Shown: one piece after another, positions 19,410-28,671 of the stretch
Layout of the letters: each line of letters starts with the position of its first letter
Numbering within the stretch: the first letter of the stretch is position 1
Assembly: GCA_965197585.1 (NCBI GenBank)
Contig: OZ240215.1
Coordinates: 2,656,001 to 2,720,000 of the forward strand
Source of the DNA: Dehalococcoidia bacterium
GTDB taxonomy: Bacteria > Chloroflexota > Dehalococcoidia > Plut-88900
DNA length: 64,000 nt
Direction of reading: 5' to 3'
Program-made: the position numbers and the translations under genes
Notes under the pieces: generated by a model
Told to the model about the DNA's origin: nothing
Seen by the model: the letters and a program-made list of their open reading frames with translations, nothing else
Databases searched by the model: none

Positions 19410-19835
19410 ATGAAGATCGCCTATCCGGTTTCCGCCGGGGGGGTCGTCTATCGGCAGAACGGGGATGGGGTACAGATCGCACTATGCGGGCATGTCTGCC
19501 CTACCAGTTGGCGCTTGCCCAAAGGCACACCGGACCCGGGTGAGAGCCGGGAAGAGACAGCCCTGAGAGAGACGCGGGAAGAGACCGGCCTTGAGGTTGC
19601 AATTGAAGAACAGCTGGGGAGTGTGACCTACTGGTTCGTGGCCTCCGGCGTTCGAAATCACAAGACCGTCCATTTCTATCTGATGCGGGCTACCGGAGGG
19701 TCGACGGACCTGCACGATCCCGAGTTCGATGTCGTAAGGTGGTTCGACGCAGATGAAGCGCAGAAGGCGTTGACTTACAAGAACGAAGAGAAAGTAGTGG
19801 CCGAGGCGCTCGGTAGGATCAGGGACCGGCAGTGA
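19410..19835 (+). CDS. NUDIX hydrolase
   Basis: LPKG..DPGE..EETALRETREETG. Confidence 0.93.
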   Translation: MKIAYPVSAGGVVYRQNGDGVQIALCGHVCPTSWRLPKGTPDPGESREETALRETREETGLEVAIEEQLGSVTYWFVASGVRNHKTVHFYLMRATGGSTDLHDPEFDVVRWFDADEAQKALTYKNEEKVVAEALGRIRDRQ

Positions 19836-20413
19836 TACTACGCGGCGACAAGGTGGTGCTTAGGGAGAAGAGGCTGGAAGACGCCTACCAGGACTACCTC
19901 TGGCGCACCGACGATGAACTGGCCCGCCTGGACGCCACGCTGCCTTTACAGACTCGTTTCTCCAGCTACAGGGCTTTCTACACCGACGAGTTGCAGTTCC
20001 CGCAACCCTTCAAGTACAAGTTCGCAATCGACAGCCTGAAGGGCAGACATATAGGCAACTGCATGTACTATGACCTTGATCCTGACAGGGCCCAGGCCGA
20101 GGTGGGCATCATGATCGGGGACAAGGAGTACTGGGGGCAGGGGTACGGCGCCGATGCCGTGCGAGTTTTGACCCGGTATCTGTTCAACGTGGAGGGACTG
20201 AGGACCGTATATCTACACACGCTGGAATGGAACCTGAGAGCCCAGCGCTCCTTCGAAAAGTGCGGGTTCATGGCCCGAGACAAGGTCAGAAGGGACGGCA
20301 AGACCTTCATCTTCATGGAGCTGTCCAGGGCCCGGTGGGAAAGGTTGCCTATTTCTGTTAACGGGGAGGCCGAGGCTGAGCCCTATTCCATGGTCCGGGA
20401 ACCTCATTCCTGA
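19832..20413 (+). CDS. GNAT acetyltransferase (RimJ/RimL-like)
   Basis: IGDKEYWGQGYG, NLRAQRSFEKCGF. Confidence 0.9.
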   Translation: MILRGDKVVLREKRLEDAYQDYLWRTDDELARLDATLPLQTRFSSYRAFYTDELQFPQPFKYKFAIDSLKGRHIGNCMYYDLDPDRAQAEVGIMIGDKEYWGQGYGADAVRVLTRYLFNVEGLRTVYLHTLEWNLRAQRSFEKCGFMARDKVRRDGKTFIFMELSRARWERLPISVNGEAEAEPYSMVREPHS

Positions 20414-20432
20414 TTTAGCCCAAAAACAGGTT

Positions 20433-20480
20433 AAAAAACGAGGGGCCGCCGGTTATCTAACCGGCGGCCCCTTAGTTTTC
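20433..20480. terminator. Bidirectional intrinsic terminator
   Basis: AGGGGCCGCCGGTTA-TC-TAACCGGCGGCCCCT hairpin flanked by A- and T-runs between convergent genes. Confidence 0.8.
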
Positions 20481-20505
20481 ATTCGGGGCTTTATGGATAC
20501 GAAGC

Positions 20506-21429
20506 CTACTTCCTGGGAGGCTGGGGTGGGCCGGGGTTAACCAGGTCCTCACCGATGGCTACCGGGAACTCACGAGCGATCTCGTCGAAAGTCCATCGGC
20601 CTGACTGCTTGTACAGGTCTTTCACCTCGTCGGGGTGGCTCATCAGGCCAACGAATCCACCGGCGACATGGAGTATCTCTCCGTTAAAGTTCTGGGCCTC
20701 ATCTGTGCAGAGGAAAGCGACCGCGGGTGCGACGCCTTCGGGCGGGTCCAACCTCTCTTCTTCGGCGGCTGCCTGACCGGCCGCAGCGCGGATCTCTCGG
20801 GCCCTCCTGACTTCCTCGGTCAGGGTCATGCGGGTGGCAGCGGAAGGGGAAATTCCGTTGCAGGTGACGCCGTACTTGCCCAGGTCCTGGGATACGCAGC
20901 GCACTATACCGGCTATTCCGTCCTTGGCCGCGCCGTAGTTAGCCTGCCCGGAGTTACCGAACAGCCCCGACGTGGAACTAAAGCAGACGATGCGTCCACC
21001 TCTCTGCTGTCTCATCAGAATGGATGCGTGCTTTATGCACGTAAAGGTCCCTTTCAGGTGGACGGCTATAACATCGTCCCATTCCTGCTCGGTCATGTTG
21101 AAGACCATCCGGTCCCTGAGGATTCCAGCTACGCAGACCAAGATGTCGACCTTGCCGAAGTTGTCGACACAGGTCTGGATGATGCTCTCGCCGCCTTCCA
21201 TGGTGGCGACGGAATCGTAGCAGGCTACGGCCTCGCCACCGTTCTTCTTAATCTCAGCGACGACCTCGTCTGCGGGGCTCTGGGAGGCCCCAGACCCGTC
21301 AACCTCGCCGCCAAGGTCATTCACTACTACCTTGGCTCCTTCTGCGGCCAGAAGCAGCGCAATGCCACGGCCAATACCGCGGCCCGAGCCGGTTACGACG
21401 GCCGCTTTCCCTTTAAGTGTGTCTGTCAT
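20506..21429 (-). CDS. SDR oxidoreductase (hydroxyacyl-CoA dehydrogenase-like)
   Basis: TGSGRGIG, VVNDLG, AGILRD, NYGAAK. Confidence 0.92.
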   Translation of the reverse strand: MTDTLKGKAAVVTGSGRGIGRGIALLLAAEGAKVVVNDLGGEVDGSGASQSPADEVVAEIKKNGGEAVACYDSVATMEGGESIIQTCVDNFGKVDILVCVAGILRDRMVFNMTEQEWDDVIAVHLKGTFTCIKHASILMRQQRGGRIVCFSSTSGLFGNSGQANYGAAKDGIAGIVRCVSQDLGKYGVTCNGISPSAATRMTLTEEVRRAREIRAAAGQAAAEEERLDPPEGVAPAVAFLCTDEAQNFNGEILHVAGGFVGLMSHPDEVKDLYKQSGRWTFDEIAREFPVAIGEDLVNPGPPQPPRK

Positions 21430-21466
21430 TCCGTTCTCCCTGATGTTCTAGAATTTAGCGTCCGTC

Positions 21467-22381
21467 CTACGAGGCTTTCCCTACGTACTGGTTCTTCACC
21501 TTCTTACCGAAGGAATTGGGGATAGCCTCCAGAAGCTCGTCGACGCTCCAGAGTCCATCCTTGGAAATTGCTCCGATGATTCTCGGCTGGGATACCAGGG
21601 AGATCAGCCTGCCCCTGACGGAGAAGGTCTGACCGTTGACGTTGGCCGCCTTGTCGCTGGCGAGGTAGCAGAGGAAGGGAGCTATGTCCTCGGGATCCTG
21701 GGGCTCGTCGGAGAACTCCTCGGGGAGGCCTGCGGCCTGGCGGATTTCCCGGGCTTTACGCACTTCTTCGGTCAGGGTCATTCGGGTGTCGGCGGATGGG
21801 AGGATGGAGTTAGCAGTCACGCCGTACTTGCCCAAGTCCCGGGCCACGACCTTGGTCAGACCGGCGATGCCGGATTTGGCCGCACCGTAGTTGGTCTGGC
21901 CGGTAGTGCCCATAACACCACTGCTGGAGGAGAAGGTTATTATCCTTCCACCCCTCTGCTGTCGCATCAGAATCGATGCGTGCTTCACGCACGTGAAGGT
22001 CCCCTTCAGGTGGACGGCAATCACATCGTCCCATTCCTGTTCGGTCATGTTGAAGACCATGCGGTCTCTAAGGATTCCGGCGACGGTAACCAGAATGTCG
22101 ATCTTTCCGAAGTTGTCGACGCAACTCTGGATGATGTGCTCGCCGCCTTCCATCGTGGCAACGGTGTCGTAGCAAGCGATGGCGTTGCCGCCCGCTGCCT
22201 TTATCTCATTTACGACTTCATCGGCAGGGCCTTGGTCTCCGCCGGAGCCGTCAAGGGCTGCGCCGAGGTCCGCGACCACTACGCTAGCGCCGTGGGCTGC
22301 CAACGCTTTGGCTACACCGCGGCCGATACCCCTTCCACCACCGGTCACCACCGCTGCTTTTCCTTCTAAAGGTTGGGCCAT
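21467..22381 (-). CDS. SDR oxidoreductase, tandem paralog of 20506-21429
   Basis: TGGGRGIG, AGILRD, NYGAAK; near-identical central block. Confidence 0.92.
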   Translation of the reverse strand: MAQPLEGKAAVVTGGGRGIGRGVAKALAAHGASVVVADLGAALDGSGGDQGPADEVVNEIKAAGGNAIACYDTVATMEGGEHIIQSCVDNFGKIDILVTVAGILRDRMVFNMTEQEWDDVIAVHLKGTFTCVKHASILMRQQRGGRIITFSSSSGVMGTTGQTNYGAAKSGIAGLTKVVARDLGKYGVTANSILPSADTRMTLTEEVRKAREIRQAAGLPEEFSDEPQDPEDIAPFLCYLASDKAANVNGQTFSVRGRLISLVSQPRIIGAISKDGLWSVDELLEAIPNSFGKKVKNQYVGKAS

Positions 22382-22489
22382 ATTTTCCTCCTGCTCCCCA
22401 TTCAGGGGCGGCCTGACGGCCGGTTTGGATCTATCTCTACTTATTTAATACGATTCATGATTCTGGGTCGGGTATAAACCCGGTGCACT

Positions 22490-22918
22490 CTAGCCTTTGG
22501 AAGGGAGAGCTACGGTGGCCTTGCCGGGGGTGGTGGCTTTGCCTTCGTTGTTCTCACCCCAGATCTCGCACTCTACAAGATTCTCGCCGCCTTCGACTGA
22601 CTTACCGACGACCTTCCCCTTGATGTACATGGGTACGCCGGGCACATCCATGCCGCGGTACTGGCAACTGAGCTTCTTGAGCACGCCTTCATCGCCGATC
22701 CAGTCGGTTACGACCTGTCCCAGCCAGGCGTTCTTAAGCGCTCCGTGGATGATGGGACCAGGTAGCTCGTTGCCTATGGCATAGTCCTTGTCGTAGTGGA
22801 TCTCGTAGAAGTCGCCCGAGGCGCCGGCATACTGGACCAGCTGCCGGGGGGTGGGGTTCTTCTCAAGGGTGGGGATTTCCATACCCTCGGTCACATCTTC
22901 AAAATAAACCTGTCCCAT
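22490..22918 (-). CDS. MaoC-family dehydratase (HadB-like)
   Basis: YAGASGDFYEIHYD...IIHG hydratase motif. Confidence 0.9.
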   Translation of the reverse strand: MGQVYFEDVTEGMEIPTLEKNPTPRQLVQYAGASGDFYEIHYDKDYAIGNELPGPIIHGALKNAWLGQVVTDWIGDEGVLKKLSCQYRGMDVPGVPMYIKGKVVGKSVEGGENLVECEIWGENNEGKATTPGKATVALPSKG

Positions 22919-22967
22919 GCTCTTTCCTCCTGGTGTTCAGCCTTGTCCTAGATAGGTCTTCGATATT

Positions 22968-23384
22968 CTAGTAGTAGATGCCCGTGTCACGGCGGGTAGC
23001 GACCATCTCCCCATCTTGGTTGGTGAAGGATATTTCCTTGACCTGGAAGGTCATGGTGCCCAAGCGGCCCTCTTTTTTGAATACATTTGCAATCTTCGAA
23101 ACTACGGTGATCTGGTCGCCGGGCTTGATAGCCTTGAAGTATTCGTACTCACTGCCACCGTCGAGCACCCGCTCATCGGGGTTACGGGGCTGGCTCTCGT
23201 CCTCATCACTGGGAATGAAGGCCCGGTTGAATGTAGGGGGGACGGAGACGCCCTGCCAGAGGTGGTTATCGTCACCAATAGCCTCGGCAAACCGTTTAAT
23301 GTGACCCTTCTCGACGTCGTAGGTAACTGGGGAAGTCGCCTTGCCCAAATCCTTGATCATACGCTCGTAAATGGCATCGCTCAT
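22968..23384 (-). CDS. MaoC-like dehydratase partner subunit (HadA-like)
   Basis: IKRFAEAIGD.N, PPTF, LDGGSEYEY..I.PGD, NQDGE. Confidence 0.85.
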   Translation of the reverse strand: MSDAIYERMIKDLGKATSPVTYDVEKGHIKRFAEAIGDDNHLWQGVSVPPTFNRAFIPSDEDESQPRNPDERVLDGGSEYEYFKAIKPGDQITVVSKIANVFKKEGRLGTMTFQVKEISFTNQDGEMVATRRDTGIYY

Positions 23385-23406
23385 TTTGGCAACCTCTCGA
23401 AAATGG

Positions 23407-23829
23407 CTAGTAACTAATGTTTACGGTCTTCTCGGTAGCGACCAGCTCACCGCGCTGGTTGACGAAGGAATTCTGCCGAGTCTCTATTAGCATGGCCCCC
23501 AGCCTGCCATGCTTCTCGCTAAAATCGATAATCTGCTGGGTGACGGTGATGGTATCTCCGGGGCGGACAGGGACGGAATATTCCCACTCGCTGCCACCGT
23601 CCAAGCCTCGGGAGAAGGGCATTTCGAGCTCTTCCAGCTCGTTGGGGATGCACATACGGAGGAAGGTGGGTGGGGTCACCATATCCTGGCCGATCCATCG
23701 GGGGTTTGAGTCCCCAATGGCCTCCACGAACCGTTTCAAGTGCCCCTTCTCCACGTCATAGTGGGCAGGGGCGGAAGAGACGCCTACGGCGTTCTTCATT
23801 GCCTCAGAGATCAAGGGTTTATCTGTCAC
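23407..23829 (-). CDS. MaoC-like dehydratase partner subunit (HadA/C-like)
   Basis: LKRFVEAIGD.NP, PPTF, LDGGSEWEY..V.PGD, NQRGE; start uncertain (23829 or 23841). Confidence 0.82.
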   Translation of the reverse strand: MTDKPLISEAMKNAVGVSSAPAHYDVEKGHLKRFVEAIGDSNPRWIGQDMVTPPTFLRMCIPNELEELEMPFSRGLDGGSEWEYSVPVRPGDTITVTQQIIDFSEKHGRLGAMLIETRQNSFVNQRGELVATEKTVNISY

Positions 23830-24024
23830 GCACTCCCCCAAGTGGGCCGAGAGTCTTATACACTCAAGGCCGCCGGCGCACCCCTCCGTTGCTTAGAATC
23901 CTCCAACGGTACATCATAGGGCGCAAACCGGCGCGAAGTGTACATTACCGGTATTTTAGTGTCAAGATTTGGGGTAGTGGGCGGGTGGGGACACCGCCCC
24001 AGATTCCTCGCAGGGCATCGGAAT

Positions 24025-25080
24025 TGTGGATGTCAGGTAATTCGTTGACAGAATTAGGTGGATTTAAGGGTCTCCAAAGGGGTCTTTCCATCCATTGCCT
24101 GGTGGGGTCTCTGAGTATTGTAGTAGATCAGGTATTGCTGAAGCTCGTCCTTCAGTTCCGAGACCGATTCGAAGGTTGTCCCCTCCAGCAGGTCCTCGTT
24201 CAAGGTTCTCCAGAACCGCTCTATCTTCCCGTTGGTCTGGGGCCTATAAGGGCGGGTGTAGCGGTGCTTTATGCCCAGCTCATTGAGCATCCGTTCCATG
24301 GGGTGGCCCTCGGTGTTCCTTGGGGAGGCCATCTCGGGGCCGTTGTCGGTGAGGATGGCCTCGAATTGGATGCCGTACTCCACGTTAAGGAAATTGATGG
24401 ACTTCAGAGTAGCAAACATAACGGAGAGACTCTTGATGTCTCCGACCACTTCGGCCCAGGCCAGACGGGTGTAGGCGTCGATGAGGCCCACCAGGTAGTA
24501 GCGGTGCTTGGTGCCCACGATGGTATCCCGGCTGAGGTAGTGGCTGTCCAGGTGGCCCAGCTCTCCTGCCCGGGTCTTGATGATCTTGCGCTTCGACTGC
24601 TGCATCGGCTTTGTGAGCCTATTGAAACCGTGGCGTCTGGTGATGGCGTAGATGGTGGAGGGCTTAGGGGTGTTGTGTTTAAGGATGGGTTTGAGTATGG
24701 CATAGATCTCGTAACGGTTGGTACCGTTAAGGCGCTCGTTGATGACCTTCTGCTCAATGTAGGGCAGGGTGCGGCGGGACTTCCACCCGGGACCCCGCTT
24801 ACGGGGGAGGAAGGCGTTGTCGGAGGGGGAGAGGAGGAACCGGTTGTAGTACTTGGCGAAGGTCTGACGGCTAGTGCCGTGGAAGGAGTAGAAGTCCTGG
24901 GCGAAGCGGAAACGGGGATGCTTCCCTGCCTTGACCAGTTGATACTCATGGATGAGGAACCGCCACTTCTGAATGTAGTTCCGCTCAAGGGTGAGGTCCT
25001 TGCTATTGTCTCGCATTCTCGCCTCCAGATTGGTGTTGGCCTCTTATACCAATCTGTCAACGAATTACCTAACACTTACA
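24025..25080 (-). mobile_element. IS481-family insertion sequence (1056 bp)
   Basis: TGT...ACA ends, ~28-bp imperfect IRs sharing AGGTAATTCGTTGACAGA, 5-bp direct repeat GGAAT at 24020-24024 and 25081-25085. Confidence 0.92.
24054..25016 (-). CDS. IS481-family DDE transposase
   Basis: GELGHLD, ILTDNG.E, PYRPQTNGKIERF, YN..RPH. Confidence 0.93.
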   Translation of the reverse strand: MRDNSKDLTLERNYIQKWRFLIHEYQLVKAGKHPRFRFAQDFYSFHGTSRQTFAKYYNRFLLSPSDNAFLPRKRGPGWKSRRTLPYIEQKVINERLNGTNRYEIYAILKPILKHNTPKPSTIYAITRRHGFNRLTKPMQQSKRKIIKTRAGELGHLDSHYLSRDTIVGTKHRYYLVGLIDAYTRLAWAEVVGDIKSLSVMFATLKSINFLNVEYGIQFEAILTDNGPEMASPRNTEGHPMERMLNELGIKHRYTRPYRPQTNGKIERFWRTLNEDLLEGTTFESVSELKDELQQYLIYYNTQRPHQAMDGKTPLETLKST

Positions 25081-25104
25081 GGAATGACAGGGGGAGGGGG
25101 TAGG

Positions 25105-25812
25105 TTATTCAGTTGTGTGGTTTCGGGTTCCGTTCTATTTGTTGGGGTGGTTGGCGATGGAAGACGCCTGCTGGACGATGCCCCCGTTCATGTGCCTCGG
25201 GTGCTCCGACGCCCTGGGGCAAGGGCGTCCGGCCCGCTTTTGCCGCTGCTGCGGCCTGTGGCCCTGTATACGCCGGACATGGGCAGGGACCTTCAGGGCC
25301 AGCAGGTCCGAGTCCGACTCCGGGGGGGTTGGCTGCACCGCATAAGGGCGGCTAGGAGGCCCGTCCAGCGTCCGATGCCGGGCCTCTTGCAGGCGTAATG
25401 TGTCCAAGTTTGCCGGTGCGACCCGGAGTGCAGGGACCACCGGCTCCCGGCTTTATTGAGCGGTCGGTGTACCGAGAGGGTCTCGGCGCCGGGTCTATCC
25501 GACCGCTATTCCGCTTGAAGGAGCGGCATCTCCGTTAGGAGCCTCACATGGAACGATAGCGAACCAGGGCGTCTTTCCATCGCCTGGGGGACAGGGAGAA
25601 GGGGCACGGGACCCGATGGGATGAGGAGATGGCGTCGTTTGCTTGAGCCGCAGGCCGCGGGAGGGCCATTGGGATGGGCTTGGACGTTGAGTCCTCGGAT
25701 GGGTCGGGTGGGCTTCCCTAGTTTTTGGTTCCTCCTTGAGATAGTTAGGTTGGTGTTCGAACGGTGAGGAGATTAGCACGGATGTTCAGGTGGGTCAAGG
25801 GGTTGATGTCAC
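25105..25812 (-). ncRNA. Copy A of a dispersed structured non-coding element (candidate large ncRNA plus promoter)
   Basis: Homology to 47123-47850 and 59037-59695; TTGACC-N17-TAATCT; long-range helix 25153-25170/25565-25584; no credible ORF. Confidence 0.6.
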
Positions 25813-25874
25813 AATTTAGGGGAGGGGTGGGTGAAAGAGCGGATGCGACGGATTGGCAAACGCGGGCCACCCCC

Positions 25875-26017
25875 CCCCGCTCGACCCTTCGACTTGGCTC
25901 AGGATGAGCGGCCCCGCACCGGGGATGGATTCCCGTGTCGGGGCACGAGAATGACGAGAGAGGTAAGGGTTGATTTAGGGAGAGACGCTTCAGATCCCTC
26001 GCGGGGCATCGGGATGG
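25875..26017. repeat. Cluster of REP-like palindromes (CCCTTCGAC..GCTCAGGATGAGCGG; GGATTCCCG..GAATGAC; AGATCCCTCGCGGGGC.TCGGGATG)
   Basis: Near-identical copies at ~54853-54895, ~47888-47915, ~54745-54772. Confidence 0.75.
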
Positions 26018-26090
26018 GAGGGGAGGTGGGGTGGTGAGTTAGAATTTACTTCGACATTACACCAGCTAAAGGTTCGACCGAGGAGACGAG

Positions 26091-26762
26091 TTGCAGGAAA
26101 AATTCAGTGATCACTTGCGAGCCCTTGGAAATTCGATCTGGGAGGCCCAGCGCAACCATCCATTTGTCACGGGAGTCGGGGACGGGACCCTGGAGATTGA
26201 AAGGCTGAAGTTCTGGGTCCGGCAGGACTACTTGTACCTGATCGACTATGCCAGAGTCTATAACCTGGCCGCGGCCAAGGCCCCGGACCCTGAGCTTTCC
26301 GGCTGGCTCACGTTTCACGCCGATTTCACCCTGAACAAGGAGATGGCCCTGCATCGATCCTACGCCCGGGACTTCGGGATAGGAGAAGATGAGCTAATCG
26401 CCGAACGGAAGTCGCCCACCTGCCAGGCTTACACGGACTTCCTGATGCGGACCGCCGCGGTAGAACCTTTCGAGGCGATCATAGCCGCTCTTCTCCCCTG
26501 CTTCTGGGGATACTACGAGATGGGCAAGTCTTTGGAGGAACGCGGGCTTCCGGAAAACGAGCTGTACGTGAGGTGGATAGAGCAGTACACGGACCCGGGA
26601 TACGGCGAGGAGGTACGGAAGTGTCGGGAGTTGACGGACCGGCTGGGGAGGGATGGGTCTGTGGCGACGAGGGCGCTGATGGAGGAGGCGTTCGTGACCA
26701 GCAGCCGGTACGAGTACCTGTTCTGGGAGATGTGTTACAGCCTGGAAAGATGGCCGGTGTAA
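26091..26762 (+). CDS. tenA: Thiaminase II / aminopyrimidine aminohydrolase
   Basis: HPFV..GDGTL, QDYLYL, LLPCFWGY, YEYLFW. Confidence 0.92.
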   Translation: MQEKFSDHLRALGNSIWEAQRNHPFVTGVGDGTLEIERLKFWVRQDYLYLIDYARVYNLAAAKAPDPELSGWLTFHADFTLNKEMALHRSYARDFGIGEDELIAERKSPTCQAYTDFLMRTAAVEPFEAIIAALLPCFWGYYEMGKSLEERGLPENELYVRWIEQYTDPGYGEEVRKCRELTDRLGRDGSVATRALMEEAFVTSSRYEYLFWEMCYSLERWPV

Positions 26763-26763
26763 G

Positions 26764-28563
26764 TTACGGGCCATCGGGCGCGGGCCGGGATTGGACTATA
26801 GGCGTGTACCAATATGTCTGGCGCATCCGCACCATGTCCTTGACCCTGCCGGCGCTCGTCGGCCTATCGAGGCCGGGGGTCTGGGCAGTGGACAGCGTGA
26901 GTGCCACGACTTCCGGTCGATCTTCGGAGGCTACGACCTCATGGCGAAGGGATCCGTCGCCCTGTTTGTCGAACACACCGCTCCGACCTATGTAATCGCC
27001 TCCGCAACGGTTGGCGAAAGCTACAAAGGCGTTGTTCTCCTCGCTGCGAGAGCGGAGCAGGTGCCAGTGCACGTCGTCGGCTTCCCTGAGGATAGGCTCT
27101 TCGAAGGGAACATCGGTGGGCCCCAGGCTCGCGGCCCGGGGATATTTGAGGGCCGCTGGCACGCATATCAGGTCGGCGCCCTTGACTCCGAAGGCTCTCG
27201 CGGCCTCTGGGAACATGGCGTCGTGCCCTACTAGAAGCCCAACCCGACCTGCAGGGATGTCGAATACGGGGAACCCGCCATCGCCGGGCGAGGCCCATGC
27301 TCGGTCATCCATCGACAGGTGTACCTTGCGGTAGCTTCCAACCAGCCCTTCCGGGCCGACCAGCAAGGCCGTGTTGTACATTCGCCCGGAGTCTTGCTCG
27401 ACGATGCTGGTTACCACAAAGGCGTCGTTGTCTCGGGCCAACGCGGTCAGCAACTTCACCGACTCACTATCACGTAGAACTTCTGGCAGGGTGCGGGCCT
27501 GGGACTCAGTGGTTACGGGGCCGGATAGAGCGAGTTCAGACAACACCAGGACATCGAAGGGCGAGTCCATGCCGTCAATCATTTGCCGGAGGGCTGCGAG
27601 GGTCTCTTTCCGAGTTCCCAGGCTCTCTTTCATCTGGCAGACGGCGATAGTGGACTCCTTCCCTGCCGGGAGTCCATCCTGCCCGTAGAGGCCGAAATAT
27701 TCGTTGGGGTTGAATAGGTAGGTGTTGAGGACCGAGTCGGAGTAGTGAGTCGGGCGCCGTTCGAGCAGCTTGTCTCCGGTCTCGTTGGCAGCGAACTTCT
27801 TGTCCCGGGCCTTGGCAATGTCGATGTATCCGTAGACGATCCCGTTCCCCGTGTCCCGGTAGGACTGTATGGCTCCGTCAGGATCTATGACCGCACTGCC
27901 CCCGGAGAACTCCACCGTGCGTTCGTTGCCCCAGCGGTCGGCGGCCACGAGGTAGACACCGTTTTCGAAGGCGCGGGTTATCCAGGCCGGGGCGGGTGCC
28001 TTTTCGAGCAGCCAGTTGGTTGGGAAGCAGATCACGTCGGCGCCGCGCAGGGCGAGAACGCGCGCCGTTTCCGGGAAGGATGCATCCATGCAGATGAGGC
28101 CGCCCAGGTTTCCGAGCTCCGTTCGAAATACGGGTAAATCCAGGTCGCCGTCCTTGGCCCAGGTGTTTTCGGAGATGAAGGAGTGGGTCTTGCGGTACTT
28201 TCCGACCACACCCTCCGGCCCGACCAGGGCCAGCGAGTTGTAGTAGATGTCCGTCTCGGGGTCCACCTCCGGCATGCCGACTACGATGTAGCAGCCATAC
28301 CGAGCCGCCAGTTCCCCGAACCTCTCAGTGGTGGGGCCGGGGATGGGCTCGACGTAGGGGGCGATCTCCGCACGGTCGAAGAAGCAATATGCGGTAGTCG
28401 CCATTTCGACGAGAACTATGAGCTTGGCGTCGTTCCTTGCTGCCTCTTCCACCATCTCAAGTTGCTCGAGCAGATTTCTCTCTTTTTCGAAGAGGGTGGG
28501 GGCGTACTGGATGGCGGCGGCTTTGTAGACCGGGGTCTGGGGGAGTGAGGCTTGGTCAGGCAT
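26764..28563 (-). CDS. Tandem two-domain carbon-nitrogen hydrolase (nitrilase superfamily)
   Basis: Domain 1 E...YRKTH...ICMD; domain 2 SEL...YRKVH...VGHD. Confidence 0.88.
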   Translation of the reverse strand: MPDQASLPQTPVYKAAAIQYAPTLFEKERNLLEQLEMVEEAARNDAKLIVLVEMATTAYCFFDRAEIAPYVEPIPGPTTERFGELAARYGCYIVVGMPEVDPETDIYYNSLALVGPEGVVGKYRKTHSFISENTWAKDGDLDLPVFRTELGNLGGLICMDASFPETARVLALRGADVICFPTNWLLEKAPAPAWITRAFENGVYLVAADRWGNERTVEFSGGSAVIDPDGAIQSYRDTGNGIVYGYIDIAKARDKKFAANETGDKLLERRPTHYSDSVLNTYLFNPNEYFGLYGQDGLPAGKESTIAVCQMKESLGTRKETLAALRQMIDGMDSPFDVLVLSELALSGPVTTESQARTLPEVLRDSESVKLLTALARDNDAFVVTSIVEQDSGRMYNTALLVGPEGLVGSYRKVHLSMDDRAWASPGDGGFPVFDIPAGRVGLLVGHDAMFPEAARAFGVKGADLICVPAALKYPRAASLGPTDVPFEEPILREADDVHWHLLRSRSEENNAFVAFANRCGGDYIGRSGVFDKQGDGSLRHEVVASEDRPEVVALTLSTAQTPGLDRPTSAGRVKDMVRMRQTYWYTPIVQSRPAPDGP

Positions 28564-28671
28564 GGGGTGCTCCTTCAGATCAGCGCATGGGCGAGACGGC
28601 GATGCCTTGACACTACAATCGACGGGAAAGCCCTGTCAAACGGGTCCGATCGATGAGGCAGAGAAAAGGGC

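Noticed and set aside
23670-25103. 477-aa plus-strand ORF
   Set aside because: Antisense shadow of the IS481 transposase
25593-25737. Conserved core as group II intron, cobalamin riboswitch, SRP, 6S or hammerhead
   Set aside because: No domain V, B12 box, SRP loop or CUGANGA/GAAA core found by eye; multi-copy with its own promoter. An Rfam search is still needed
25113-25779. ORFs over element copy A (and 47123-47588, 58918-59723 over copies B and C)
   Set aside because: Pro/Arg/Gly-rich, not conserved in frame or start between copies, and no RBS-start pairing; better explained as non-coding
25830-26090. TPP riboswitch upstream of tenA
   Set aside because: No CTGAGA/CCTGA..GGGA signature; the sequence consists of REPs
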